Positions 1 through 9,652 of a DNA stretch of 59,243 bases are shown here, piece by piece. A model generated the notes under the pieces. The model was given only the letters and a program-made list of their open reading frames with translations. It searched no databases and was not told where the DNA came from. Source of the DNA: Minisyncoccota bacterium (GTDB lineage: Bacteria > Patescibacteriota > Minisyncoccia > UBA6257 > 1-14-0-10-40-38); NCBI GenBank assembly GCA_009694925.1, contig SIBX01000001.1, forward strand, positions 1-59,243. The letters run 5' to 3'. A program made the position numbers and the translations under genes. Position 1 is the first letter of the stretch. Each line of letters begins with the position of its first letter.

Positions 1-1
1 T

Positions 2-376
2 AATCAGGGCTATATAGCCATAGTAACGGCAGTCATTCTTTCTACAATAATCTATTTTCTTGCTTTTAGTTTTTCAGAAACCTCAATTCTCGGGCGTTAT
101 GATGTTTTGATTTTAAATAATAAAAAAGAAAGCAGATATTTATCTGAAAGCTGTCTTGATTATGCCAAGCTTCAGCTCGCAATGAATATTAATTATACCG
201 GCAATGAAACAGTTAATTTAATAAATGGATCTTGCCTTATAGGCGCAGTATTAACTCAAGGCAGTAATAAGATAATCACTTCCACTGCTTCTTTCGGTAA
301 CGCAAAAACCGTGTTAAAATTGACCCTAACACAGGTTAATTTGGGAAAAATAAAACTTGAAGAACTTCAATCTTAA
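2..376 (+). CDS. Pilin-like/PilX-type protein, 5'-truncated by the window edge
   Basis: Frame is open from base 2 (NQG|YIAIVTAVILSTIIYFLAFS...), a class III signal-like G followed by a hydrophobic helix; overlaps the downstream pilin gene. Confidence 0.6.
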   Translation, partial: NQGYIAIVTAVILSTIIYFLAFSFSETSILGRYDVLILNNKKESRYLSESCLDYAKLQLAMNINYTGNETVNLINGSCLIGAVLTQGSNKIITSTASFGNAKTVLKLTLTQVNLGKIKLEELQS

Positions 377-830
377 AAATAGAGGCATAACCTTAGCCGA
401 AATACTAATTTCAGTTTCTATAATGGCAGTTTTAATAGCTATTTTTGTAGTGTCTTCAAGTCCTGTTAGTACTCTCATAACTTCTAGAAACTTTGAACGC
501 CAATCAGAGCTAAATTTAATTATGAACGCTATTTCTCAAAATATCGGCGACAATAATGGAAACTTCGTTTGCGCCTCTGGAATTATTCCAACCGCCACAA
601 CAACCATGGCGAGTACAACCTATTTGGCCGGCGACTACAACATCGCTCCATGTCTTATTCCGGTTTATCTAGACTCTTTCCCGTATGACCAAAGCTCAAC
701 TTCTGCCTATTGGACTGGGACTACTAGTAATAACAGCGCCTATTCAATAATAAGAAATTCAACAACCGGAAGAGTAAAGGTATTTGCTCCATATTCCGAA
801 GGCTCAACCACTATTTCGGTAACGAGATAA
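357..830 (+). CDS. Type IV pilin-like protein
   Basis: KNRG|ITLAEILISVSIMAVL prepilin cleavage/N-methylation motif with E5; two Cys in the globular part. Confidence 0.85.
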   Translation: MKNFNLKNRGITLAEILISVSIMAVLIAIFVVSSSPVSTLITSRNFERQSELNLIMNAISQNIGDNNGNFVCASGIIPTATTTMASTTYLAGDYNIAPCLIPVYLDSFPYDQSSTSAYWTGTTSNNSAYSIIRNSTTGRVKVFAPYSEGSTTISVTR

Positions 831-847
831 GTTAAAATTCTTTAATT

Positions 848-1699
848 CTAAATTGAAAATTTTTCTTTAGGCAGGCCTCCCTCTTCTTGAATAATCTTAA
901 GCCTTAATTTTCTCTCAATCACTTCTGCGGATAAAAGCTTTATTCTTTTATCGTCTTTTATAATATAAACTCCAGGTTCATTTCCGATTGCTCTAATTTT
1001 TTTATCAATTAAGATTGCCATATCTCCACCAGCTTCAACTGCTTCATTTAAATCTTTTAATCCAACAAATCCATCTTCTGAAGAAAATTTTTTAGTATAA
1101 GTAGCCTCTTTCTCATTTTGCGGAATTGTTTTAATTTCTTTTTTTAATATCTTGGGCAAAATTTCAACAATCAAGTTTCCGCCAATTTCCGCAAGTTCCT
1201 TCTCTAGTTCCAGATAATCTTGATTTTTAATTTTTACTTCTCGCTTCTTCAATATTTCTCCGCTATCCACTCCTTCGTTTAAAAAATATATCGTCACTCC
1301 AGTAATTTCATCGTCAGAAAGTATTGCAGACTGTATCGGCGTTGCGCCCCTAAATTTTGGTAGAAGCGATGGATGAACCCCTATAGTTCCAAGCTTTGGA
1401 ATTTCCAATATTTCTTTCTTTAAGATTTTTGAATATGCAGCCACAATAAATAAATCAGGAGCAATTTTAAGTTGAGTTAATTTATTATTTAATTCTTCTT
1501 TATTCAGTTTTTCACTTTGAAAAACTGGAATTTTATATTTTTCTGCCAAAACTTTTGTCTCCGGCGCAGTCATTATTTTCTTCCTTCCTTTGAGTTTATC
1601 AATATTGCAAACAATAAGAGAGGGGATGATCCCGCCTTTAATTATTTTCTCCAAAGCTATTTCTGCGAATCTTGGCGATCCAAAAAATATAATTTGCAT
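848..1699 (-). CDS. fmt: Methionyl-tRNA formyltransferase
   Basis: IIFFGSPRFA N-terminus, GVHPSLLPKFRGATPIQ motif; adjacent to def. Confidence 0.95.
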   Translation of the reverse strand: MQIIFFGSPRFAEIALEKIIKGGIIPSLIVCNIDKLKGRKKIMTAPETKVLAEKYKIPVFQSEKLNKEELNNKLTQLKIAPDLFIVAAYSKILKKEILEIPKLGTIGVHPSLLPKFRGATPIQSAILSDDEITGVTIYFLNEGVDSGEILKKREVKIKNQDYLELEKELAEIGGNLIVEILPKILKKEIKTIPQNEKEATYTKKFSSEDGFVGLKDLNEAVEAGGDMAILIDKKIRAIGNEPGVYIIKDDKRIKLLSAEVIERKLRLKIIQEEGGLPKEKFSI

Positions 1700-1713
1700 A
1701 ATTTATTTTTCCT

Positions 1714-2223
1714 TTATTCTTGATTCTGAATTCTAGACTCTATTTTGTGTATCTCCTTAGCTTTATCTATAAAAAGACTGCCATTCAAGTGATCCATCTC
1801 GTGCTGAAATATTCTCGCCAGCAACCCCCAAGCCTTTATTTTTATATCTTTACCATTGGCATCCATTCCTTCTAATACCACATTAGTTGGTCTTTTAACT
1901 TTGCCGAATGTTTTTGGCACGCTTAAACACCCTTCTTCAAAATCTGTTTCTTCTCCGTCAGATTTTGCTATTTTTGGATTAAATATCGCATAAAACTTTC
2001 CTCTAGATTTCTGATTTCCCGGTATTTCGGCCACAAAAATTCTGGCATTTATTCCAATCTGATTTCCTGCCAGTCCGATTCCATCAGCCTCTCTCATAGT
2101 TTTTTTCATCTCCGCAATAAGCTCTTTTATTTCTTTTTTTGAATATTTTAAAAAATCGAAGTCCTTTGCTTTGGTTCTTAAAAACTTTTCCTTTTCTTTT
2201 GATTCTATGGTTAATATTTCCAT
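1714..2223 (-). CDS. def: Peptide deformylase
   Basis: GIGLAGNQIG, EGCLS and QHEMDHLNG motifs. Confidence 0.97.
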   Translation of the reverse strand: MEILTIESKEKEKFLRTKAKDFDFLKYSKKEIKELIAEMKKTMREADGIGLAGNQIGINARIFVAEIPGNQKSRGKFYAIFNPKIAKSDGEETDFEEGCLSVPKTFGKVKRPTNVVLEGMDANGKDIKIKAWGLLARIFQHEMDHLNGSLFIDKAKEIHKIESRIQNQE

Positions 2224-2513
2224 TATAAAAGTCTATTTTTATCTTCTTGCTTGCTTAAAGTAACCAGTTTCATAAAATATGCTCCCATATTCATTACGTT
2301 TTTATTTTCAGCGACAGATTTAGCCAATCCCAAGAGCTTTTCTTTATTATGCATCTTTGCTAGCTTAATGTAAAGAGATTTATATTTTTGATCTCTAAGT
2401 ATTTCGGCAATCAAAAGCCCGGTCATTTGATAATCTTTATATACCTTAGACTTTTTAGACTTAGTTTTAATTTCGGTCAAATATTTATCTTTATCCAATA
2501 AATCTTTTTCCAT
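2223..2513 (-). CDS. Hypothetical protein (96 aa, basic)
   Basis: ORF abuts the def start (translational coupling), host-like composition. Confidence 0.7.
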   Translation of the reverse strand: MEKDLLDKDKYLTEIKTKSKKSKVYKDYQMTGLLIAEILRDQKYKSLYIKLAKMHNKEKLLGLAKSVAENKNVMNMGAYFMKLVTLSKQEDKNRLL

Positions 2514-2636
2514 ATATTTTAGTCTAACGCATGGATAGTATCGAAGCCAATCTTAGTCTTAATTATGGCCTAATTCCTGTCCGCCAACTGGCGGAGCCTA
2601 TAGCCTAGGGCCTAGAAATTGTGTTATCATTTTTTT

Positions 2637-3911
2637 ATGAAGAATTTTGTTTCAAAAATTAAAAGTTACGTAAATTCCAGCTACAAAGCATTTTTTCAAA
2701 TAATTATAAGCGTCTTTATAATTTTAGGAGTCTATTATATCGGTTTTATTTTTGGAACCAGGCACCCGAAGCAGATTGTTGTTGAGGGAATAAAAAATAT
2801 GACAGACAGCGACATTAAAGCTGATATGGGAATATTTTGGGAAGCATTTCAAAAATTAAGAGTTAATCATTACGATTCAGATAAAACAACTGAAAAAGAT
2901 TTTGTTTACGGAGCTATTTCCGGGCTTGCCAGCACCTTCGGAGATCCTAATACGGTTTTTTTTGAACCCGTAGAATCAAAAAAATTTAAAGATGATATTT
3001 CTGGATCATTTGGTGGAATAGGTGCAGAAATAGGAATTAAAGAAGGATCCTTAATGATTGTGGCTCCTATTAAAGACTCTCCGTCCGACAGGGCAGGATT
3101 AAAGCCCGGTGACAGGATTTTTAAAATTGAAGGAAAAATTACTTCCGAAATGACCGTTCCAGAAGCGGTAAATGTCATAAGGGGTAAGATTGGCACTCAA
3201 GTTAATCTTTCTATATATAGAGATACTTGGGCGGCTCCAAAAGAATTTTCTATCACCAGAGAAGAAATAGTCTTGCCAAATCTAGAGTCAAAAATGCTTG
3301 ACGATAAAATTATGTATATGAGACTGCATAATTTTAACGAAAAAAGCGTATCGCAATTTTCTAAAGCTGCTTCAGAATTCTCTAATCAAGGAGGCAAGGG
3401 TTTGATTTTTGACTTAAGAGGAAATCCAGGAGGATATCTTCAGGTTGCGGTTGATCTTGCTGGTTGGTTCATAAAAAATGGATCTCTAGTTGTGACTCAG
3501 GACTATAAAAATTCTATGGATTTCGGTTTTCATTCAAACGGCAACGAATTTTTCTTAAATACGCCAGTTGTATTATTACTAGATCAAGGCTCGGCTTCTG
3601 CTTCTGAAATTTTAGCTGGAGCATTAAAATTTAACAGGCCAGATATAAAAATAGTCGGCGCCAAAAGTTTTGGAAAAGGAACAGTTCAAGATTTAGAAGA
3701 TTTATCAGATGGTTCTCAGTTAAAAGTTACTATTGCACACTGGATAATGCCAAACGGAACAAGTATTGAAAAAAACGGCATAGCTCCAGATTATGAGGTT
3801 CAGATTTTAGACGATGATATAAAAAATAAAAACGATGCTCAGATGAATAAAGCTCTAGAAGTTTTAAAATTAGAAATGTTTGGAACTTCTACTACGGCTA
3901 AAGTCCAATAA
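2637..3911 (+). CDS. ctpA: C-terminal processing peptidase (S41, PDZ domain)
   Basis: N-terminal TM, GIGAEI PDZ entry, DLRGNPGG, SASASEILAGAL, SFGKGTVQ; ATG at 2637 preferred. Confidence 0.93.
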   Translation: MKNFVSKIKSYVNSSYKAFFQIIISVFIILGVYYIGFIFGTRHPKQIVVEGIKNMTDSDIKADMGIFWEAFQKLRVNHYDSDKTTEKDFVYGAISGLASTFGDPNTVFFEPVESKKFKDDISGSFGGIGAEIGIKEGSLMIVAPIKDSPSDRAGLKPGDRIFKIEGKITSEMTVPEAVNVIRGKIGTQVNLSIYRDTWAAPKEFSITREEIVLPNLESKMLDDKIMYMRLHNFNEKSVSQFSKAASEFSNQGGKGLIFDLRGNPGGYLQVAVDLAGWFIKNGSLVVTQDYKNSMDFGFHSNGNEFFLNTPVVLLLDQGSASASEILAGALKFNRPDIKIVGAKSFGKGTVQDLEDLSDGSQLKVTIAHWIMPNGTSIEKNGIAPDYEVQILDDDIKNKNDAQMNKALEVLKLEMFGTSTTAKVQ

Positions 3912-3958
3912 AAATTACTATGGCCTAAAGCCTAATCGCCTAGGGCCTAATTAAAACC

Positions 3959-4384
3959 ATGAAAATATTACTATTGGAAAACGTCAAAGGAATAGGTAAA
4001 AAAATGGAAGTGAAAGAAGTTAAGGACGGCTATGCCAAAAATTTCCTTATAGCCAAAAACCTTGCCACGCCGGCAAGTGGAGAGTCTTTATCTATTAAGC
4101 ACGGCTATGAAGAATCCAAAAAAAGCGACTTAGCTAAAAGAAAAGAAATGTCAGAAAAAGTTAAATCGTTAGTTTTAGAATTTCCAGTCAAAGTTGGTTC
4201 CAAGGGAGAAGTTTTTGAAAGCGTCAGCGAAAAAGATATTGAAAAATCTTTGAAAGCTAAAGGAATAGACGGGTTTAAGATAAATCTACCCCACCACATC
4301 AAAGTTTTAGGCGAACATTCTGTCGCTCTAAATTTCGGTAAAGAATTTAAAAGCTCTGTGAAAATTATTTTAAAGGGTAAGTGA
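3959..4384 (+). CDS. rplI: 50S ribosomal protein L9
   Basis: MKILLLENVKGIGK...VKDGYAKNFLI signature. Confidence 0.96.
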   Translation: MKILLLENVKGIGKKMEVKEVKDGYAKNFLIAKNLATPASGESLSIKHGYEESKKSDLAKRKEMSEKVKSLVLEFPVKVGSKGEVFESVSEKDIEKSLKAKGIDGFKINLPHHIKVLGEHSVALNFGKEFKSSVKIILKGK

Positions 4385-4393
4385 TATTTAAAT

Positions 4394-4430
4394 AAAAAAA
4401 TCCCGACCTGCATAAGGTCGGGATTTTTTT
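4394..4430. terminator. Bidirectional intrinsic terminator between convergent rplI and rpmA
   Basis: A-run, ATCCCGACCT-loop-AGGTCGGGAT, T-run. Confidence 0.85.
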
Positions 4431-4440
4431 AATGCTATTT

Positions 4441-4725
4441 TTATTTACTAAGCTCCTCAACCAAAACTACCTTTACGTATCTAATGCTTCTGTCAAAATT
4501 TGTTTTCTTTTTATCTAAAAATTTAACTACGCCATTTTTCATAGCATAAAGCGTATCGTCTCCAGCAACTTTAACGTTTGCACCGGCGATATATTTAGAT
4601 CCTCTTTGTCTGATAATGATTTCCCCGACAGAAACTTGTTGGTTCTGATTAACCTTTATTCCAAGGCGCTTAGAACGCGAATCTCTGCCATTTTCTGTTG
4701 AACCACCCGATTTAGTATGTGCCAT
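4441..4725 (-). CDS. rpmA: 50S ribosomal protein L27
   Basis: [29 protein letters not shown]. Confidence 0.97.
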   Translation of the reverse strand: MAHTKSGGSTENGRDSRSKRLGIKVNQNQQVSVGEIIIRQRGSKYIAGANVKVAGDDTLYAMKNGVVKFLDKKKTNFDRSIRYVKVVLVEELSK

Positions 4726-4790
4726 TTTAGTTTATTTTTTGGCTTTTTTCCGATATATTTATATAGAGAGAAATATAACAAATTAAACTT

Positions 4791-5513
4791 ATGGCGTCAA
4801 ATCAATCAAGATTAGTATTCGACATAGAAACGATAGGGGAAGATTTCTCAAAAATAGACAAAACAACCCAAGATAACTTAACTAATTGGATTAAACGTGA
4901 AGCAGAAGACAAGGATGATTACGAACGAATGTTGGACGACATTAAAAATGGCTTAGGATTCTCGCCTTTGACCGGAGAGATAGTCGCTATAGGCGTTCTA
5001 GACATTGATAAGGATAAGGGCGGTGTTTACTACCAATCACCAGATTTAAAATCAGATAAATTTGAAGAAGATGGAATTATGTATGAGCCAATGGACGAAG
5101 CCGGTATTTTAAAGAAGTTTTGGGACATAGCTTCTAAATATAGTGTCTTTGCCACATTTAACGGCCGGGCCTTCGACGTTCCATTTATTATGGCGCGTTC
5201 TGCGGTTAAGAAAGTTAAGCCAACCAAAAATCTAATGTTTAGTCGTTATCTTTATCAACAACATTCAGATTCTATTCATATAGATCTTTGCGATCAACTT
5301 TCTTTTCAGGGAGCCGTTAGAAAAAAGGGAAGTCTTCATTTGTGGAGTAGAGCGCTTGGAATCAAAAGTCCTAAAGCCAGCGGAATTACCGGAGATGATG
5401 TTGGTTTCTTATTTAAAAAGAAAAAATATCTGGATATTGCCCGTTACAATGTCGGCGACTTAAAAGCCACTAAAGAACTTTTTAAAGTTTGGGAGGAATA
5501 TTTCAATATCTAA
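4791..5513 (+). CDS. Stand-alone DnaQ/PolB-like 3'-5' exonuclease (RNase H-like)
   Basis: LVFDIET (ExoI), TFNGRAFDVPF (ExoII), YNVGD (ExoIII). Confidence 0.85.
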   Translation: MASNQSRLVFDIETIGEDFSKIDKTTQDNLTNWIKREAEDKDDYERMLDDIKNGLGFSPLTGEIVAIGVLDIDKDKGGVYYQSPDLKSDKFEEDGIMYEPMDEAGILKKFWDIASKYSVFATFNGRAFDVPFIMARSAVKKVKPTKNLMFSRYLYQQHSDSIHIDLCDQLSFQGAVRKKGSLHLWSRALGIKSPKASGITGDDVGFLFKKKKYLDIARYNVGDLKATKELFKVWEEYFNI

Positions 5514-5558
5514 TCCGCAGTGTTAATAATTTTAAAGCCTAATTCCTCATATATTAAT

Positions 5559-7529
5559 ATGAATATAATTAAAAAATTCGGCTTTCTAATCCTTTTTATG
5601 GGGATTTTAGTTTTACCAAATATTACCAATGGTCAATCCAGTAATCTTGGGTTAATTTCAGATATAATAACTTCCTTAAATGCAATAACCGGACAAGTTT
5701 CAAAATTAGAAAACGAAATTTCTAATGTAAAGAAAGAAATAAATAATGTAATGGGATTCGTAGGAAATATTGCTTTATCTACTCAAGATTTATCAGTATT
5801 TATTACTCCCGAGAATGTGATAATTAATAGAAGTATGTCTCTTGGGTCGCGCGGAAAAGAGGTTAAACAATTACAAGAATGCTTAAAAAATATGGGATTT
5901 TTTCCGGATAATCAAGAAATAACAGAATATTATGGAAAAACTACAGAAGGCGCGGTAATTAAGTTTCAGGAGGTAGAGGGAATAATTTCATTAAAAGATG
6001 ACAGTGGAAAAGGAAAATTTGGCCCCAAAACCAGCGCCTCAATAGCTAAATCTTGCGCGAAAAATACAATTATTGCTCCAACCGGCACATCAAGCACCTC
6101 AACATTGCCGATTAAAAATCCTATTAAATACAGCCCCGCTTCTTCATTCTCGCCAGCCTTTCCTGCTCCAAATCCACTAACTTCAACGCCGCCAGACTTA
6201 ATTCCTTTTAACCTTAACGCAGCAAGCCCATCTTCAGGCGTGTGGGATTTTGCTGGGACAATAGTTAATATCGGAAATTCATCTTCAAACATAGGTCAAA
6301 CCAAATTAAGAATAGATCTATTAAGTGATGGAACATGGGACATATTACCATCTAATCAATCAACAAATTCAATCGCTCCTAGAGCTTTTGAAATTGAACA
6401 ATGGAAAAATTTAGCTATAACTTCTGTAGGTACTCACAAATATGAAGTATGTGCAGATGATCTAAATACCACAACGGAATCAAATGAACTAAATAACTGC
6501 ACTTCATCAAGCTTTATTATTTATCCTCCTATCGGAACCCTAACAGCAAGCGTTGATAGCATAATTCCTGCAGAACAGCAATTACTTCTTGGATCGGTTG
6601 GCGTTTCTTTGGGTCAATTTAAATTCACAGCAAATAGCATTGAAGATATAAGAGTTGATACATTAAGAATAACCGCAACAACCTCCGTTAGCTCTCCTTT
6701 TACTTTTACTAATCTTCAATTTTATGATGGGGCTACTAAAATTGGTCCGATTGGAAGTCCATTGGTTGCCACTTCAACGTCATTTTATATGTCGGATTTT
6801 TCCTTTGGAAATTCAATGATTATTCCAAAGAACGTAACTAAGACATTCACCTTGAGGGGAGATATTTCTTCTTATGCAACTTCTCCAAGTTCTCATAATA
6901 AATTTTATAATTTTCAAATTAACTCAGCCAACACTTCTCCTAATCTTGTCGGTGATCTAAAGGGATATGGAATAACTTCCAGTTTTCAGGTTCCAGTCTC
7001 AGCAGTACCGACAACCCTGCAAGCAAACACCCAGCACACGTTAAGAACAAAATTAACCCCCTCTATGAGCACCTTAGGAGCAACATCTAATAGAGTCAGA
7101 AGTGCTAATGATGATATTTCAAAGCTAACACTTGGCGTGAATGGAGATACTGGAGCAGAATTTAAGTCTGTTAATTTCCTATTTTCCGGAAAAGCCATCC
7201 CAAATTCAACAACTATTTATGTTGCCTTAGTGGATGCTTCTAGTGGATCAACATTAGTTTCTACGAATATAAAAACATCAATCGCTACGTCGTCTGGGGT
7301 TAATCTTGTTCTCCCAACTCCATACGTTATAAGTAATGGACTATCTCACGATTTCAAGTTAAGAGTAGATTCTTCAAATTTTGCAAATGGTACAGGCAGC
7401 GATAGTCTGTCTTGGCAATTAGCTTCGACTTCTGCAATTCTTTGGGCAGCACAAGGGAATTCTTCAATTGAAAGCATAGGACTAGAAGCAAGAATTATTC
7501 CGATGACTAATACGGTTTCTTATCAGTAA
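5559..7529 (+). CDS. Secreted surface protein with peptidoglycan-binding domain, CARDB-like and beta-rich Ser/Thr regions
   Basis: Signal peptide; LGSRGKEVKQLQECL...YYGKTTEGAVIKFQ (PG_binding_1); PDL...ESNELNN (CARDB-like). Confidence 0.8.
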   Translation: MNIIKKFGFLILFMGILVLPNITNGQSSNLGLISDIITSLNAITGQVSKLENEISNVKKEINNVMGFVGNIALSTQDLSVFITPENVIINRSMSLGSRGKEVKQLQECLKNMGFFPDNQEITEYYGKTTEGAVIKFQEVEGIISLKDDSGKGKFGPKTSASIAKSCAKNTIIAPTGTSSTSTLPIKNPIKYSPASSFSPAFPAPNPLTSTPPDLIPFNLNAASPSSGVWDFAGTIVNIGNSSSNIGQTKLRIDLLSDGTWDILPSNQSTNSIAPRAFEIEQWKNLAITSVGTHKYEVCADDLNTTTESNELNNCTSSSFIIYPPIGTLTASVDSIIPAEQQLLLGSVGVSLGQFKFTANSIEDIRVDTLRITATTSVSSPFTFTNLQFYDGATKIGPIGSPLVATSTSFYMSDFSFGNSMIIPKNVTKTFTLRGDISSYATSPSSHNKFYNFQINSANTSPNLVGDLKGYGITSSFQVPVSAVPTTLQANTQHTLRTKLTPSMSTLGATSNRVRSANDDISKLTLGVNGDTGAEFKSVNFLFSGKAIPNSTTIYVALVDASSGSTLVSTNIKTSIATSSGVNLVLPTPYVISNGLSHDFKLRVDSSNFANGTGSDSLSWQLASTSAILWAAQGNSSIESIGLEARIIPMTNTVSYQ

Positions 7530-7575
7530 AAATTAAAATCTCTTAGCTTTAGCTAAGAGATTTTAATTAACGAAT

Positions 7576-7734
7576 ATGTTTGAGAATTTTAAGACCTGGC
7601 TAAAAGAAAACGAAAAAAGAATATTATTTATCATATTAATATTTTTAGGAATTATCTTAAGTTTCGGCTTAGGATTTCTACTTGGTAAAAGTTCAAAAAT
7701 TACTCCAATTATTATTGAGAAAAACTCTGATTAA
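7576..7734 (+). CDS. Small single-TM protein (52 aa), below the ORF-track cutoff
   Basis: MFENFKTWLKENEKRILFIILIFLGIILSFGLGFLLGKSSKITPIIIEKNSD read by hand; host-like composition. Confidence 0.65.
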   Translation: MFENFKTWLKENEKRILFIILIFLGIILSFGLGFLLGKSSKITPIIIEKNSD

Positions 7735-7791
7735 ATTTTAAGTGCCACCCCAGCTTTACGCTAGTAGTGGCACTTGGACTCCCCGAGATTT

Positions 7792-8004
7792 TCAACTAAG
7801 GATTGTAACACTCCCGTTGGGCTGGAAATATGGCTCGCAGTCCGTATTCATCCTGTGTCCAAGAACTGCGCCGCACTGAGGACAGGTCACATTGGAATGA
7901 TCCCAGCATTGGCAGTTTTGGACAGTGCACCGGTCAAATGTGCCAACCCAGGAACAGGTGCACATGATCCTGGTCTTCAGCTCACATTCCTCTTTTACCG
8001 CCAT
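7792..8004 (-). CDS. Cys-rich orphan microprotein (70 aa) in a GC-rich islet
   Basis: GGAGGTGACAGA-ATG start at 8004; 9 Cys including CxC and CPQC; hairpin 7741-7774 downstream. Confidence 0.6.
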   Translation of the reverse strand: MAVKEECELKTRIMCTCSWVGTFDRCTVQNCQCWDHSNVTCPQCGAVLGHRMNTDCEPYFQPNGSVTILS

Positions 8005-8113
8005 TCTGTCACCTCCCAAACTTAGAGATAGGAAGCCTCTCTTAAAATTATCAACTCTATTTCTTAAAAAATCAAGATTTGTATATTTTTTATATTTATG
8101 GTATAATTCTCAA

Positions 8114-8474
8114 TGTCGCTTAGGTGATTACGCAATACCTTAAAAATATTGTGAGGAAAGTCTGGACTCCTATCTCGCGAGAAATCGCGGGTAAACGTAC
8201 CGGTTAAAAGCCGGCTAAGTCAGAAAGTAATTTCTGGTTTAAGAGGTGCGAAAAGTGACGCCCAAAGACGAAAGAATTTGGGAGTCCGCTTGCGGACTAA
8301 TCTCTTCTATATTGAAGGAAGAGAGTGCAACGGCTAAATTCCTTACGAGGTGCAAGATCGTGCTCTAATTTAAAAGTTAGAGAGAATCGCTTGAGCTTGA
8401 AAGTAATTTCAGGCCTAGATAAATTATCATCATCCATTTGCAAGAATGGCACAGAATCCGGCTTATTAGCGACA
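8114..8474 (+). ncRNA. rnpB: RNase P RNA
   Basis: GAGGAAAGTCTGGAC and ACAGAATCCGGCTTA conserved P4 halves; P1 TGTCGCT/AGCGACA; TGGTATAAT promoter just upstream. Confidence 0.95.
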
Positions 8475-8482
8475 AAAACAAT

Positions 8483-8512
8483 AAAGACCCGCGCCTAAAG
8501 CGCGGGTCTTTG
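8483..8512 (+). terminator. Terminator after rnpB
   Basis: AAAGACCCGCGC-loop-GCGCGGGTCTTT. Confidence 0.85.
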
Positions 8513-8603
8513 ATTTGACTATTAAGATTGCTTTTAAGCTAACTGTCCGTTACCATATTACACAGCTCTTGGGACCACACAGCTTCTCAAGCTGGAGAAA
8601 GTC

Positions 8604-8789
8604 TTGGTGGAAAGGGGAAGGCGTTTGGCTGTCGGTCTGTTTCGGATGGTGATCGGAGTCTTTTCAAAGGCTCCAGCGCATGAGGGAGAAGAGAGGACAA
8701 CGGCTCTCAGGGTCTGTCTCGTGGCAGCCCTCGGTACGGTCCTCATCATGTATTTCAGCGAGGGTGGGCACATGTTCCATCCGAACTGA
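8604..8789 (+). CDS. Small membrane protein in a GC-rich islet
   Basis: GGAG upstream of a TTG/GTG start, C-terminal hydrophobic helix, hairpin plus T-run at about 8819-8857. Confidence 0.45.
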   Translation: MVERGRRLAVGLFRMVIGVFSKAPAHEGEERTTALRVCLVAALGTVLIMYFSEGGHMFHPN

Positions 8790-8929
8790 AGCACAAAATA
8801 ATCTCCGTCCACGCTTCGGCGCGTCTCACTTTGATAGTGGAACGCGCCGTTTTTTTTGTAAAAAAAGACCACCTTCGCTTGAATATTTTATATTAAGCTT
8901 GGGTGGTTTTTGGTCTTCGACAATAGTCA

Positions 8930-9151
8930 TTATTGAATACTGCCGGATTGAAAAAGTATCGCTTCTGGCCTCAGCTTGTCTGCTCTTTCTTTGCAGATTA
9001 CAGAGCAAAATGGCCTTTTGCATTTGCCGACATAATAGAGGCTGTCGACTGGGATTACTGCTTTACATTCAGTGCAATCGTGTCTGACTTTGGCCATATG
9101 ATGTTCTGGAACCAGATCATCGTCTTCGTATCCTCCAGCGCATCCGCACAT
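8930..9151 (-). CDS. Small zinc-finger protein (CxxC...FCSxxC, FCS/TRASH-like)
   Basis: GGGAGG-N8-ATG; CTEC and FCSVIC; promoter TTGCGA-18-TATAAT at about 9200-9230. Confidence 0.65.
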   Translation of the reverse strand: MCGCAGGYEDDDLVPEHHMAKVRHDCTECKAVIPVDSLYYVGKCKRPFCSVICKERADKLRPEAILFQSGSIQ

Positions 9152-9314
9152 CAGAGTTTCCTCCCATGTTTGTGACCGCCATAAGACCAGTGCTTTCTAT
9201 ATTATAATCTTGATTTAAGACATTTCGCAAACTGTTTTAAAAATGAAAGAGTCCGGTTCAGAATTTTATCTGATACCGGACTCCTGCCCCGCCGTAGCGG
9301 GGACTTATTCGCTT

Positions 9315-9530
9315 TCAGGCGGTGGCGACGGCGAGTTGACGCTCGTCGACCATCTCCGTGATCGTCGGAGCCGAGAAGCGCCGGATGAGATCCAGTCCGC
9401 CCGGCTTCCTGCCACCAGCCGCGATGATCATCTGCGCGATGAGCCCGCGAGTGGTCGGAGCACCCCGGAAAGTCCGGATCTCGCAACGGCACTCACCGCT
9501 CACCCTGCATGCCCTTGAGTCGCAAATCAT
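9315..9530 (-). CDS. Orphan microprotein with N-terminal Cys cluster
   Basis: Consensus promoter at 9623-9652, hairpin GAGTCCGGT/ACCGGACTC at about 9249-9283. Confidence 0.5.
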   Translation of the reverse strand: MICDSRACRVSGECRCEIRTFRGAPTTRGLIAQMIIAAGGRKPGGLDLIRRFSAPTITEMVDERQLAVATA

Positions 9531-9622
9531 TTCAGTCTTTCCCCGATTGCCATTCTAGCCTCGTGTTACCGAGCTAGAGGACTGTGAGTGAGTAGGGCCA
9601 ATCCCTTATCACTTACTTTATC

Positions 9623-9652
9623 ATTATATCATACGATACATCTATTTGTCAA
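9623..9652 (-). promoter_or_regulatory. Consensus sigma70 promoter TTGACA-18-TATAAT with extended TG
   Basis: Minus strand reads TTGACAaatagatgtatcgtaTGaTATAAT. Confidence 0.8.
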
